NCBI GenBank assembly: GCA_965234725.1
Contig: CBDDUX010000032.1
Location: 1 to 64,000 of the forward strand
DNA: 64,000 nt
From: Thermoplasmatota archaeon
Lineage (GTDB): Archaea; Thermoplasmatota; Penumbrarchaeia; Penumbrarchaeales; Penumbrarchaeaceae
Direction of reading: 5' to 3'
The notes beneath the pieces are model-generated. The model saw nothing but the letters and a program-made list of their open reading frames with translations, had not been told where the DNA came from and did no database searches. The position numbers were made by a program, and so were the translations under genes. Each line of letters opens with the position of its first letter. The stretch's first letter is position 1. This document shows positions 44,669 to 53,645 of the stretch, one piece after another.

Positions 44669-45544
44669 TCAAAGGGAGATCTTTCCCTTCTTCAAGAGCA
44701 ATTCAACGGCTTTATCAGCAGCCTCATCAAGTTTTTCCTCATCTTCCAGGCTGCGGGAGACCATCTTATTCTGCTCGTCGATCACTAATTTGGATTCCCT
44801 TCTGATCTTATCCCGTTCTCCTCTGAGCTGAAGGACCTTTTCCCTTAATTCGGTTGCCTTCAGATGGTAAGAATCCGCCTGCTTGCGGACCTTGAGGTAT
44901 TCCTCGTGCCGTTTGTCAGCCTCGCTCCTTAGATGATCGAGGCTGGGTCTGTATTCATCCAGCTGATCGTTCATTTCCCTCAGCTTCTCGAAGATCTCCT
45001 GGACCTTCTGATGTTCCTGGTCTGCCAGTTTCCGATATTCCTTGATCTCATCGTCTGCTGTTTCCGCCTGAACCCTCTCAGCTTTGAACTCCGGCTCCTT
45101 GGCTTTCAGCTCTTTGAGCTTTCTTCTCTTCTCATCGATCGTCTTTACGATCCCTCTTTCTTTCGCAAGGGTATGGGACCTTGTCTGATATTCCTCTTCC
45201 AGCTTCTTCAGGTCCCTATCGATGGTGTTGATATCCTCATAAAAGACAGCTTCCTTGTTTCCAGGGTCTTTTCGGACACCCCTAAGGTTCCTTGCCTTCT
45301 GGTTGTAGAGGTCTCTTCTTGCCTTGGCCGCTTTCATTTCTTCAAGCAGTTGCCCCTTCTTATCTCTAAGGTCGGCAAGCTGGTCCAGGATCCTCTTCCT
45401 CTTCAAATGAAGGTCATCCCTCATCTCACGGATAACCTTGCTTTCCTCGTTAAAGTGGTCTCTTTTCTCAAATAGAGCAGTGAGCCTCTTTTCCGAGTTG
45501 GACAGATCCTTTAAAAGTTCCTCGGGCATTTCGTCAGGGGACAT
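44669..45544 (-). CDS. Conserved archaeal coiled-coil protein (COG1340-like)
   Basis: Continuous heptads, AD..H repeats, C-terminal KKGKISL. Confidence 0.8.
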   Translation of the reverse strand: MSPDEMPEELLKDLSNSEKRLTALFEKRDHFNEESKVIREMRDDLHLKRKRILDQLADLRDKKGQLLEEMKAAKARRDLYNQKARNLRGVRKDPGNKEAVFYEDINTIDRDLKKLEEEYQTRSHTLAKERGIVKTIDEKRRKLKELKAKEPEFKAERVQAETADDEIKEYRKLADQEHQKVQEIFEKLREMNDQLDEYRPSLDHLRSEADKRHEEYLKVRKQADSYHLKATELREKVLQLRGERDKIRRESKLVIDEQNKMVSRSLEDEEKLDEAADKAVELLLKKGKISL

Positions 45545-45595
45545 CCTTAAAACCACCCTTGAGGGAAAGGCAATAAATGACAACTGATACTTGAA

Positions 45596-46375
45596 CTATT
45601 CCCTTGGAATACCTGTAATGTTGGCGATCTTGGCTGCCATTGCCCCTGCGACGAACCCTGCATCAATATTTACAACGGCCAGAGGAGAGCAGGATTGGAG
45701 CATGGCAAAGAGGGCGGTTTCTCCTTTTCCATGTATCCCATACCCTGTTGATACGGGCAAACCAATTACCGGGATCCTTGTGAGACCCGATACAAGTGTG
45801 GGGAGAGCACCCTCTCTTCCTGCAGCAACGATAAGAACAGAGGCACCCCATTTCTCTAATTCCTTCAAGGGAAGCATTACCCTGTGGACACCCGCCACTC
45901 CCACATCATTGTAGTTTTTCACCTCACAACCCATTTCCTGGGCCATAAGACTTGCTTCAAGGGAAACCGCCACATCGGAGGTCCCCGCTGTTAGGATCCC
46001 GATCTTTCCACCTGAAGCCTTGATCTCAAAACCATCCAAATGGGCCACAAGGAACCTGGCCAGTGGTTGATATCTGATATTGATATCCGGAAATCCCGAA
46101 CGGATATGATCTATAAGATCGTGGGACCTTTCTTCCTCCAATCTTGAAATGATGGCCCTGCTACACCTTTTCAGGAAATCAATGGCAATATCTTCTATCT
46201 GACCGTCCGTTTTTCCCTCTGCCAATATGACCTCCGGAACACCTGTCCTGTCCCATCTGTGCGGGTCGATATTTGATACACCTGAACCGAAAAGCCTTCT
46301 TTCTAGTTCCTCTCTGGCAGTCTCAACACCTATCCTACCTTCAGCCAGATCCCTTAAAAGGTCTTCCATGAACAT
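45596..46375 (-). CDS. larB: Nickel pincer cofactor biosynthesis protein LarB
   Basis: RTGVPEVILAEGK, AGTSD, DVGVAGVHR, AGREGALP, PVSTGYG, VVNIDAGF. Confidence 0.94.
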   Translation of the reverse strand: MFMEDLLRDLAEGRIGVETAREELERRLFGSGVSNIDPHRWDRTGVPEVILAEGKTDGQIEDIAIDFLKRCSRAIISRLEEERSHDLIDHIRSGFPDINIRYQPLARFLVAHLDGFEIKASGGKIGILTAGTSDVAVSLEASLMAQEMGCEVKNYNDVGVAGVHRVMLPLKELEKWGASVLIVAAGREGALPTLVSGLTRIPVIGLPVSTGYGIHGKGETALFAMLQSCSPLAVVNIDAGFVAGAMAAKIANITGIPRE

Positions 46376-46482
46376 CCAAGGTTAAAGCATTAGAAAAAAC
46401 CTGCGCCCGGGGAAAGGGTCATTACATATATCGTACAATCCGGTAATCCGATAGGTCTAAGGACCAAAACAAGGGTGATGCT

Positions 46483-48147
46483 ATGACCTCCAGCGGGGAT
46501 GATGATGCCGGAAACTTATCAGCGGGAAAGGGAACCCGCATCCCCGGAAGGATCATACAGAGATACATCGATGATGGATTTGTTCTGAGACTCATCGATG
46601 TTTCAGGGGACCTCGAGAATGATTGGAGGGTCCTAAAGGATGGGGAGGAGATACCTGTCTTCTCGATGAAAGGAGAGGATCTTCTTGATGCAGCCCTCGA
46701 ACAGGTTAGTTGTATATCCATTGGTGGAAAGGATTCCTCCGAGCTCCTTTATCAATCATTTCCAAGATGGGATGAGAAGGCATTTGCTGATCTCGAGAGA
46801 AAAGATGTATCCATTGGAACGGTTCCCGAGGGAAGTGGTCAGAGATTGAGGATAACATCCGGTGGATCAAGATATGAAATGATCTGTCAGGCCCGACTGA
46901 TGAGGGACCCATCCCCTTCCTATATCCTATCCAGGCTGAATGCAAAGAATTTCGGTTACAGTGTCGACCTGCTAGGGATGAGCTACTGGAAGTTCGATGG
47001 CAGGAATATTCCCTGGTTGATGATGATCAGATATCCGGAGGGAACCAGTTCCGGTTTCTCTCCTTTCCTTTCAGACCTCAATAAATTGATATCATCATCC
47101 ATCAGGCTTCACAGTGATGAACTCAAGGGATTCCTGCTTGATCTGACCCGGTCAGATGATAGGGCATCCTATGGGCTTTCAAGAAGGATCGGCAGGGCAA
47201 TCGGGGAACTTCATGGATGCCTGATCATGGATCATGGTAAACGAGAATTTGGAGATTCTGAAGGGGATCGGATCCTGAGATTGTTCACAAAGGAGCAACT
47301 TGGAATGGAGGACATCGGTTCCTCCCTCGGGCGAGTTTCAGGGTATATCGAGGAGCTCAAGGTAGGTCTCATGAAGGAGATCGGGACTGTCACACACACC
47401 GTTGCTCCGGGACGAAAACAACGTGTTGTTAGGGCCTTGCCACAAAAGGATCCCTATAAAGGGCTTTCACTTCTAAGGGGTTCCCTTTCACAAAAACATA
47501 AAGTCCTCAGAGAAAGGTTCTCCCTGCTCAGGAAATTCAAGGGATCGCCACTTGTACCTTCGGGGCTAGATTGTTCTCTGGAGAATATTGAACTCCAGGA
47601 TGATCTCAAACCCATCTTTCGAAAGTTCGACTGGACATTTCATAGCAGAGAAGGTCCAAGGGTGACTAAGGTCCTTCCGCTCAAAGACCTTGCCCTTGTG
47701 CTCAATTCTCTGAAGAAGGCAAGGTTTCTTTCCTCAGCCAGGGTGATGGAGCGGATTTCCAGGGGAAGGGACATGGGAATGCTGGATATCCTTTTCCTTG
47801 AGTACAATCTGGCAAAGGAGAGTTCAACTTCAATGATGAGGGACCTCAACGCCTTCTTAATGGTAAGGAAAAGGGATATTCCATTCAGATACGTGTTCCT
47901 GACCTCGATCGTATCCTCGATTTGGTATGAGAAGAACAGGAATTCCCTTGTCCTAGGATACAATGAAGGTCTGTCAGGAACAGAGAACGAGGACCTCCTG
48001 GTATATCCAAAAGGGATCGATACATTGGAGGGGATAAAAATGATGCAGATAATAGCCTCCCTTTCATCGGCATCAAGGACCCTGAGAGACGGAATGAAGA
48101 GTAAGGTGGGGTTGGAATCGGACCTTCTTACTGCACTTACGGTCTAG
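46483..48147 (+). CDS. Maltokinase (Mak/Pep2)/APH-fold protein with degenerate catalytic motifs
   Basis: RRIGRAIGELHGCL and PLKDLALVLNSL resemble Mak motifs in the expected order; HGD and DFE equivalents are altered. Confidence 0.5.
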   Translation: MTSSGDDDAGNLSAGKGTRIPGRIIQRYIDDGFVLRLIDVSGDLENDWRVLKDGEEIPVFSMKGEDLLDAALEQVSCISIGGKDSSELLYQSFPRWDEKAFADLERKDVSIGTVPEGSGQRLRITSGGSRYEMICQARLMRDPSPSYILSRLNAKNFGYSVDLLGMSYWKFDGRNIPWLMMIRYPEGTSSGFSPFLSDLNKLISSSIRLHSDELKGFLLDLTRSDDRASYGLSRRIGRAIGELHGCLIMDHGKREFGDSEGDRILRLFTKEQLGMEDIGSSLGRVSGYIEELKVGLMKEIGTVTHTVAPGRKQRVVRALPQKDPYKGLSLLRGSLSQKHKVLRERFSLLRKFKGSPLVPSGLDCSLENIELQDDLKPIFRKFDWTFHSREGPRVTKVLPLKDLALVLNSLKKARFLSSARVMERISRGRDMGMLDILFLEYNLAKESSTSMMRDLNAFLMVRKRDIPFRYVFLTSIVSSIWYEKNRNSLVLGYNEGLSGTENEDLLVYPKGIDTLEGIKMMQIIASLSSASRTLRDGMKSKVGLESDLLTALTV

Positions 48148-49982
48148 GCGTAATAGTACTCCCCTTTTCTCCTCTGCTCTTCATCAAGTCTGGACCCAAG
48201 TTTATTGATGCGAGGTCGTTTTGTCTCCATATCCCTTCTGAAGGTGATCCCGACGTCTGAAAGGAAAAGATTCATTCCATCCCTTAGGTCCAGAGGACCT
48301 TCCGCTGTTCCATTTATAGATGGTTCCCCTTTGAACACCATAAGGGTGTCCGATACCAGGTCAATGAAGTAGACATCGTGGTCAACAATCAGGCCGGAAC
48401 GCCCTCTCTTTTCGATGACCCTTCTGATGATCTTAGCAACCTCCATCCTCTGGTTAGCATCAAGGTAGGCCGAGGGCTCGTCAAGCAAGTACAAGTCGGC
48501 TTCCTGGGCAAGTGCTCTGGCAACCGCAACCCTTTGCTGTTCTCCACCGGAGAGCTTGGACATCTCCTTGTCATACAGATGCTTCAAACCAAGAGGCCCT
48601 TCGAGTTCGGCGCGGAAGAATCCAGACCCGAAATGCTCCTTCAGTTCGATAATGAGATAGTCCCTGACCGGACCGTCGAAATCGTGCCTTATATACTGGG
48701 GTTTGTAGGATATCTTGACATCAGCTTCAACATAACCGGAATCAGGTTTCAATTCTCCTGCCAGCATCTTGACGAAGGTCGTTTTTCCCGTCGCATTTGG
48801 CCCTACACACCCAACAACTTCTCCCACATGAATGGTTCCTGCTTTTGACTTGAAATGGAAAGATGGGAATTTCTTCTCCAGGGCAGCGTATGTAAGCAGG
48901 TCCCCTCCGGTCCATTCGGCTTTTGGGGGATGGTCGTAGAATTCAACGGGTTTGTCCCTGAACCTGACATTCTCCACCCTCAGATACCCTTCAAGGAAGA
49001 CATTGATCGCCTGTTTGACGGACAATGGCTTGGTAACGACACCAAACGCTCCGGGATCGCCGTACATCAAAGAGATATTGTCAGCTAGGAAATCCAGGAT
49101 TGCAAGGTCGTGCTCCACCACCATTACCTGCTTGTCATCTCCGAGGTCCTTGATCATCTGGGATATCTTCAACCTCTGTCTGATGTCAAGGTAGGATGAG
49201 GGCTCGTCGAAGAACAGGAAATCTGCATCCTTCAGCAGAGTAGCAGCTATTGCAACACGCTGCAGCTCCCCTCCAGAAAGCTTCTCCAGAGTCCTGTCAA
49301 GTACATGTGTGATCTCCAGAGAAGTGGCTACCTCCAGGAGTTTCTTTTCATTGATCTTGGAAAGCATCTCCCTGACCTTTCCGTTGAACATCTTGGGGAT
49401 ACTGTCGACATACTGAGGTTTGAAAGCTGTAACAAGTTCTTTCTTTGCAATGTTGGAGAAATGCTCGTGAAGTCCTGTTCCTCCAAATCTCTCCGCTACC
49501 TCGCTCCAGTCTTTGGGAGGAAGCTCGACCTCATCCTCTTCCAATTGCTTTGAACCGAATGCTTTTGGTTCATCCCCTTCATCTTTATTTCCTTCTATAC
49601 CCAGGGCGAAATTGGGGATCATCGTCCCTGAAAGAACGTTCATTATCGTGGATTTCCCGATACCATTGGACCCTAGTATCCCGAGTACCCTTCCTTCCTG
49701 CGGGTAGGGGATTCTGAACATCCTGAACCCGTTGGGACCAAATTGATGGATGATGTCGGTATCCAGTTCTTCAGGCAGGTTGGTTATCCTGATCGCATCG
49801 AAGGGGCACTTGTGAACGCAGATACCGCATCCAACGCAGAGTTCCTCATCTATGATCGGTTTGTCCTTGGAGTCCCATGAGAATATTTCATCCCCGGCAC
49901 GGACCCTGGGACAGAAATGGTAGCATTCCTTGGAGCATTTCCTGGATTGGCACCTGTCGTAGATGAGAGAAGCTATCCTCAT
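48144..49982 (-). CDS. rli1: Ribosome recycling ATPase ABCE1/Rli1
   Basis: N-terminal 2x[4Fe-4S] Cys motifs, two ABC domains (GSNGIGKS, GPNATGKT, LSGGE), TFRRD...RPRINK..S..D. Confidence 0.97.
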   Translation of the reverse strand: MRIASLIYDRCQSRKCSKECYHFCPRVRAGDEIFSWDSKDKPIIDEELCVGCGICVHKCPFDAIRITNLPEELDTDIIHQFGPNGFRMFRIPYPQEGRVLGILGSNGIGKSTIMNVLSGTMIPNFALGIEGNKDEGDEPKAFGSKQLEEDEVELPPKDWSEVAERFGGTGLHEHFSNIAKKELVTAFKPQYVDSIPKMFNGKVREMLSKINEKKLLEVATSLEITHVLDRTLEKLSGGELQRVAIAATLLKDADFLFFDEPSSYLDIRQRLKISQMIKDLGDDKQVMVVEHDLAILDFLADNISLMYGDPGAFGVVTKPLSVKQAINVFLEGYLRVENVRFRDKPVEFYDHPPKAEWTGGDLLTYAALEKKFPSFHFKSKAGTIHVGEVVGCVGPNATGKTTFVKMLAGELKPDSGYVEADVKISYKPQYIRHDFDGPVRDYLIIELKEHFGSGFFRAELEGPLGLKHLYDKEMSKLSGGEQQRVAVARALAQEADLYLLDEPSAYLDANQRMEVAKIIRRVIEKRGRSGLIVDHDVYFIDLVSDTLMVFKGEPSINGTAEGPLDLRDGMNLFLSDVGITFRRDMETKRPRINKLGSRLDEEQRRKGEYYYA

Positions 49983-50032
49983 ATTATCGAAAGGTCCATA
50001 TGTACAATGTTATTAAATGTTGGTCAGACGGA

Positions 50033-50371
50033 TCAAAGATTGCCTCTGGCATCTTTCCATTTATCTGCTTGCCTAAGGAATCTATCGTAACCGTTCTCTC
50101 TTATGAATTCCAAATGGGCCTTATAACACCAGTATTTGTATCCCTTCTCGAACCAGGGTTGGATGATATCGCATGTGTCCATGTCCTTGCAATCTGCACA
50201 TGTTTCGAGGCCCCTTTCCTTGAAACAACAGATTTTCATCCTGCATCTTGCTTTACTGAGGTCTCTCTCCCCTTTATCATAACCCAGTTTGCATCCTTTG
50301 CAGGATCCCTCTTTAAGGGCTTTGCAGGTTCGACAATAGGCCCCGCAGCAGCCGATCTCCTTCATGGTCAT
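50033..50371 (-). CDS. DUF3795 cysteine-rich protein
   Basis: GCCGAYC..C...CKGC...C....CC......TCADC. Confidence 0.82.
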   Translation of the reverse strand: MTMKEIGCCGAYCRTCKALKEGSCKGCKLGYDKGERDLSKARCRMKICCFKERGLETCADCKDMDTCDIIQPWFEKGYKYWCYKAHLEFIRENGYDRFLRQADKWKDARGNL

Positions 50372-50393
50372 CCAGATCACATTTGATGAATGA

Positions 50394-50861
50394 TCAGAAA
50401 ACATCACATATCTTCTTTACAACCCTTGATAGGTCTTCCGTGGGTCCTGTCTTCTTCCAGACTATCACGCCGGATCCCAGGACCTTACCACCCTTCTTTT
50501 CAACCAGTTTCTTCATCTTCTTCACCGATTGGTTGCCTCCGGTCCAATGTGGTTTGAGGTCCTTTGTCACGAATACAACAGCCTTTTTACCGTCCAGAAA
50601 AGGCATGTCACTGAGATATCTGTTCATGATCGGATTCAGATGGAAGGCCCACACCGGGCCACCGAATATCAACATATCATATGGTCCTGTTTTTGGGATT
50701 GTTTTGAACTTGATGTCATTTCCCATCTTCTGGGCATCGCCGTCGGTCTCGATCCTCTCGATCTTGACCGAATGCCCTTTCTTCAAAAGGTTCTTTTTGA
50801 TCTCCTCCGCGGCCGATGCAGTATTTCCCGTATAGGAGAATACAATAATTCCTACCTTCAT
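50394..50861 (-). CDS. Flavodoxin family protein
   Basis: FSYTGNT FMN loop; YDMLIFGGPVWA. Confidence 0.9.
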   Translation of the reverse strand: MKVGIIVFSYTGNTASAAEEIKKNLLKKGHSVKIERIETDGDAQKMGNDIKFKTIPKTGPYDMLIFGGPVWAFHLNPIMNRYLSDMPFLDGKKAVVFVTKDLKPHWTGGNQSVKKMKKLVEKKGGKVLGSGVIVWKKTGPTEDLSRVVKKICDVF

Positions 50862-51064
50862 GAACATCACTCCATGATCGCAAATGGATCGTATTCGATC
50901 CATATGTGATGATCGGGGGATATTATTCCATTGATTTCATTTTTTCCCAATGATACAAAAGCAGATCCTTAATAAACAGTTCTGTGCCAAGGTTATCTTA
51001 AATATCAAAGGAAAGTTTTACATTATATAGATGTAATTTAACGTTGAACATAGGGGTTGTGACA

Positions 51065-51478
51065 ATGGCAGATTCAAAGGTAGTCAAGATTCTGGACTCG
51101 AAGCTGATCGAGCAAGGAGTGATCTCCAAAGATTTTTCCAAAGAGTACAAACTCGTTCACAGTATGCTGAACAGTTACATGAGAAGGTCCGGGAAGATCC
51201 TGACCCAGAAGAACTTCGACATGGGAAACGAGAAGCTCCGTGATTGGTTGATGATCCTACACAAGGAAGGGGCATCTCAGGAGAAGCTCACAAGCTACCT
51301 CAGATGCGGACTGGCCCATCTATCATTTGATTTTATCGCATCGCAGAACAAGGACCTCTCGAACGGAGACCTTGTGACAAGAGCCCTCCAGTCCTTTAAG
51401 AAGAGGAATTATCACAAGAGCTTCTTCAGAGTAGCTCCCAAAAAGGTCACGGAAAGAATTTCCCTGAAGAAGAAGTAA
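51065..51478 (+). CDS. Hypothetical basic helical protein
   Basis: Clean ORF with host-like codon usage, GGGG purine RBS-like tract, AT-rich promoter and downstream T-tract. Confidence 0.7.
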   Translation: MADSKVVKILDSKLIEQGVISKDFSKEYKLVHSMLNSYMRRSGKILTQKNFDMGNEKLRDWLMILHKEGASQEKLTSYLRCGLAHLSFDFIASQNKDLSNGDLVTRALQSFKKRNYHKSFFRVAPKKVTERISLKKK

Positions 51479-51558
51479 TACCTCACATCTCTTAGAGGAT
51501 GACTGGTGTCATTAAGTTGAGTCTTTTTTATCATAATCAATATTCAACCATGTATGGA

Positions 51559-52779
51559 TCATTCACAGGCCATTTCAACTATCATCTCCAGAGGCATGAG
51601 GTCGGCTGGAATATGGCTCATTTTTGGTATGTAATGAGCTGCTTTGGCTGAATCCGTTCCTACCCTGGCGATCCCGATCCTGTCAAGTGGAGTAACCACC
51701 ATGCAGGTATCGTCATAGACCTCTACCCCAGAATCAGTGACCCCTTTGAGGACCTTTGGGTCAAGGATCTCCCGGAGGGCTTTGTTCGTGTACACAATGA
51801 TCCTCTTCTCTTTGGAAAGTTTCCTGCCATTAAGAAGTATATACAGTCTCCGAAACTCGGTGATCCCGAACTGAGGGCAGCCTAGGACGAAGATATCCGG
51901 ACGATTGTCCATGTATGGATAAAGGTCTTCTTTCATCGATTCGAGTTCCTTTGCGGATATCGAGATCGAATCCTTGATGATCCCCATATCCTCGGACCTC
52001 TTGATGTAGTGGTCCTCGGGTGTGATCCCTTCCACATGGAAGATTGCATGCCCTCCTTTTGCCGCAAGTGCGGCTCCAAGATGTTTGAGATCGGCCTTCA
52101 CGGTAGGTATGTCGATCCCTGTGAAATAGGGGATCCGGGAATTGTAGCTCTTGCCGATGAAGGCCCCAAGAAGATTGAAGTGGAAAGGTCCCAGATGATC
52201 GATCACTTCCACTTTCAGGGTGGGGTATCTATTTTCTTCCCTGTGCATTCCCCAATCGGGTGTCTTTCCCAGAATTGCTGCAGCAAGGGCAGAGATCCCG
52301 CCCTCCCTGTTGGTCCTTGCACCAACCATGGAATTTGCATAGATCACGGCATTGGACTCGCCCCAGGACAGATGGTCTCCAAGACCGATCGGTTCCATCC
52401 TTTGAGGGGTCTCATAAGGTATGCAAGAGCATGTCAGATCGATCCCAAGTTTGCCATAGAGATCTATGATCTCAAGCTGTTTGGATGCAAAGTTCTCGGG
52501 GTATCCGAGTTCCTTCCATTTTAACAGGTCCATGCCGGCCGGGTTCAAAGAAGATGGGACCTGAACCTTTGCACCCATGGTTTCCAATTTCCTAAGCAGG
52601 GTGATGAGTGCCTCCCCGGCAGTGTGATATGATACGCCAGAAATGTGGGCTGATCTTATGGGGACAAAACCTTCCGCCTCTTCCAGATCACCCAGGTTTA
52701 CAAGTATCTTCATTGCAAAGGAGGGGGCCTCCCCTTTTTCTCCCTCCAGGATGGCTTCCTCCTCCTTTGTGAGGTACAT
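51559..52779 (-). CDS. Aconitase X catalytic subunit (phosphomevalonate dehydratase large subunit-like)
   Basis: MYLTKEEE..L.GE.G, AHISGVSY, NPAGMD, TCSCIPY, ESNAVIYANS..GARTNRE, GCP, DTCMVV, TDSAKAAHY. Confidence 0.92.
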   Translation of the reverse strand: MYLTKEEEAILEGEKGEAPSFAMKILVNLGDLEEAEGFVPIRSAHISGVSYHTAGEALITLLRKLETMGAKVQVPSSLNPAGMDLLKWKELGYPENFASKQLEIIDLYGKLGIDLTCSCIPYETPQRMEPIGLGDHLSWGESNAVIYANSMVGARTNREGGISALAAAILGKTPDWGMHREENRYPTLKVEVIDHLGPFHFNLLGAFIGKSYNSRIPYFTGIDIPTVKADLKHLGAALAAKGGHAIFHVEGITPEDHYIKRSEDMGIIKDSISISAKELESMKEDLYPYMDNRPDIFVLGCPQFGITEFRRLYILLNGRKLSKEKRIIVYTNKALREILDPKVLKGVTDSGVEVYDDTCMVVTPLDRIGIARVGTDSAKAAHYIPKMSHIPADLMPLEMIVEMACE

Positions 52780-52876
52780 GGAAGGGGAAAGGCTGCCAGC
52801 TGAGAAAAACCTTATCATCCCTCCATGGGTCGGAGAGAGTAAACTGAAACAAAAATAATTATATACTAAATAGGCA

Positions 52877-52907
52877 ATAGATGTAATACAAGTATAATAC
52901 ATACTTG
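52877..52907 (+). promoter_or_regulatory. Candidate operator upstream of the RHH gene
   Basis: Overlapping palindromes TGTA-A-TACA (52882-52890) and CAAGTAT-N5-ATACTTG (52889-52907), just downstream of TTATATA. Confidence 0.55.
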
Positions 52908-52936
52908 CCAGCTGTGAAATGGGGAATGTGGGACAT

Positions 52937-53317
52937 ATGGCTGAAAAGACAACGATCTCTGCAAGACTGGACTCTCAGCATTATGGTATGCTTGAGAGGG
53001 TTCAAAGGGATTCGGGTCTTTCGAAGACAGATGTAATACAACTTGCACTTGAGAACCTTTCCACGACCAAAGGAGTGGGAAGGGAGAACAAGGTTGAGGT
53101 CCCTATTTCCTCCTCTACGATGATGAGGGCTTCAAGGCTCCACGTCACTTACGGATATGGTACAACGCTCGTGATGCTTCTTTCAGAAGCTGTCGATATT
53201 GGTGTGAGAGAGATCCGTATGAAGATCGATGTGGACCGAAAAGAGGACCTTCAGCTCGCGAAGGATGATCTGGATGCAAGAGCTGTGGAAATGCAGCAGG
53301 ATTCCATGTCCAGCTGA
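52937..53317 (+). CDS. Tandem ribbon-helix-helix DNA-binding protein (CdrS-like)
   Basis: TTISARLD....MLE......SKTDVIQLALE (RHH) plus a second degenerate unit KVEVPIS...LLSEAVD; upstream of an ftsZ-like gene. Confidence 0.75.
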   Translation: MAEKTTISARLDSQHYGMLERVQRDSGLSKTDVIQLALENLSTTKGVGRENKVEVPISSSTMMRASRLHVTYGYGTTLVMLLSEAVDIGVREIRMKIDVDRKEDLQLAKDDLDARAVEMQQDSMSS

Positions 53318-53441
53318 AGATATCAGGCTACGTTAGGGATGCACGCGGCCATAGGAGTGTCAGGAGCCGACCGCAAAAAACAGCAGAAGGCGGTCTTAAT
53401 CAAGCCTTTCCGGGCAAACGAAGACCAGGGGGATTTGGAGA

Positions 53442-53633
53442 ATGCATTTTGAGACCGACCTGACGGAAAAAGCAAAAAGCGACTTGCTCTACCTTGAGCA
53501 ACTGAATTCGTATGCGGAGAATACAAAGAACACACCTGAATACATCCGGGCGATGGCCATGTATACCCAGGCCCTCCATGTGATAGAGGAGAGATATGGA
53601 GAACTTGAACACACCATTTATCGGAGCAAGTAA
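53442..53633 (+). CDS. Small helical hypothetical protein
   Basis: ATG after GGGGG/GGAG; ends 12 nt before the FtsZ-like gene; amphipathic helical pattern. Confidence 0.6.
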   Translation: MHFETDLTEKAKSDLLYLEQLNSYAENTKNTPEYIRAMAMYTQALHVIEERYGELEHTIYRSK

Positions 53634-53645
53634 GGGGCATATAAT

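Noticed and set aside
53318-53441. GACCGC/GCGGTC stem and a 37-codon ORF between the RHH gene and the small ORF
   Set aside because: Only a 6-bp stem and no recognisable RNA family or protein motif
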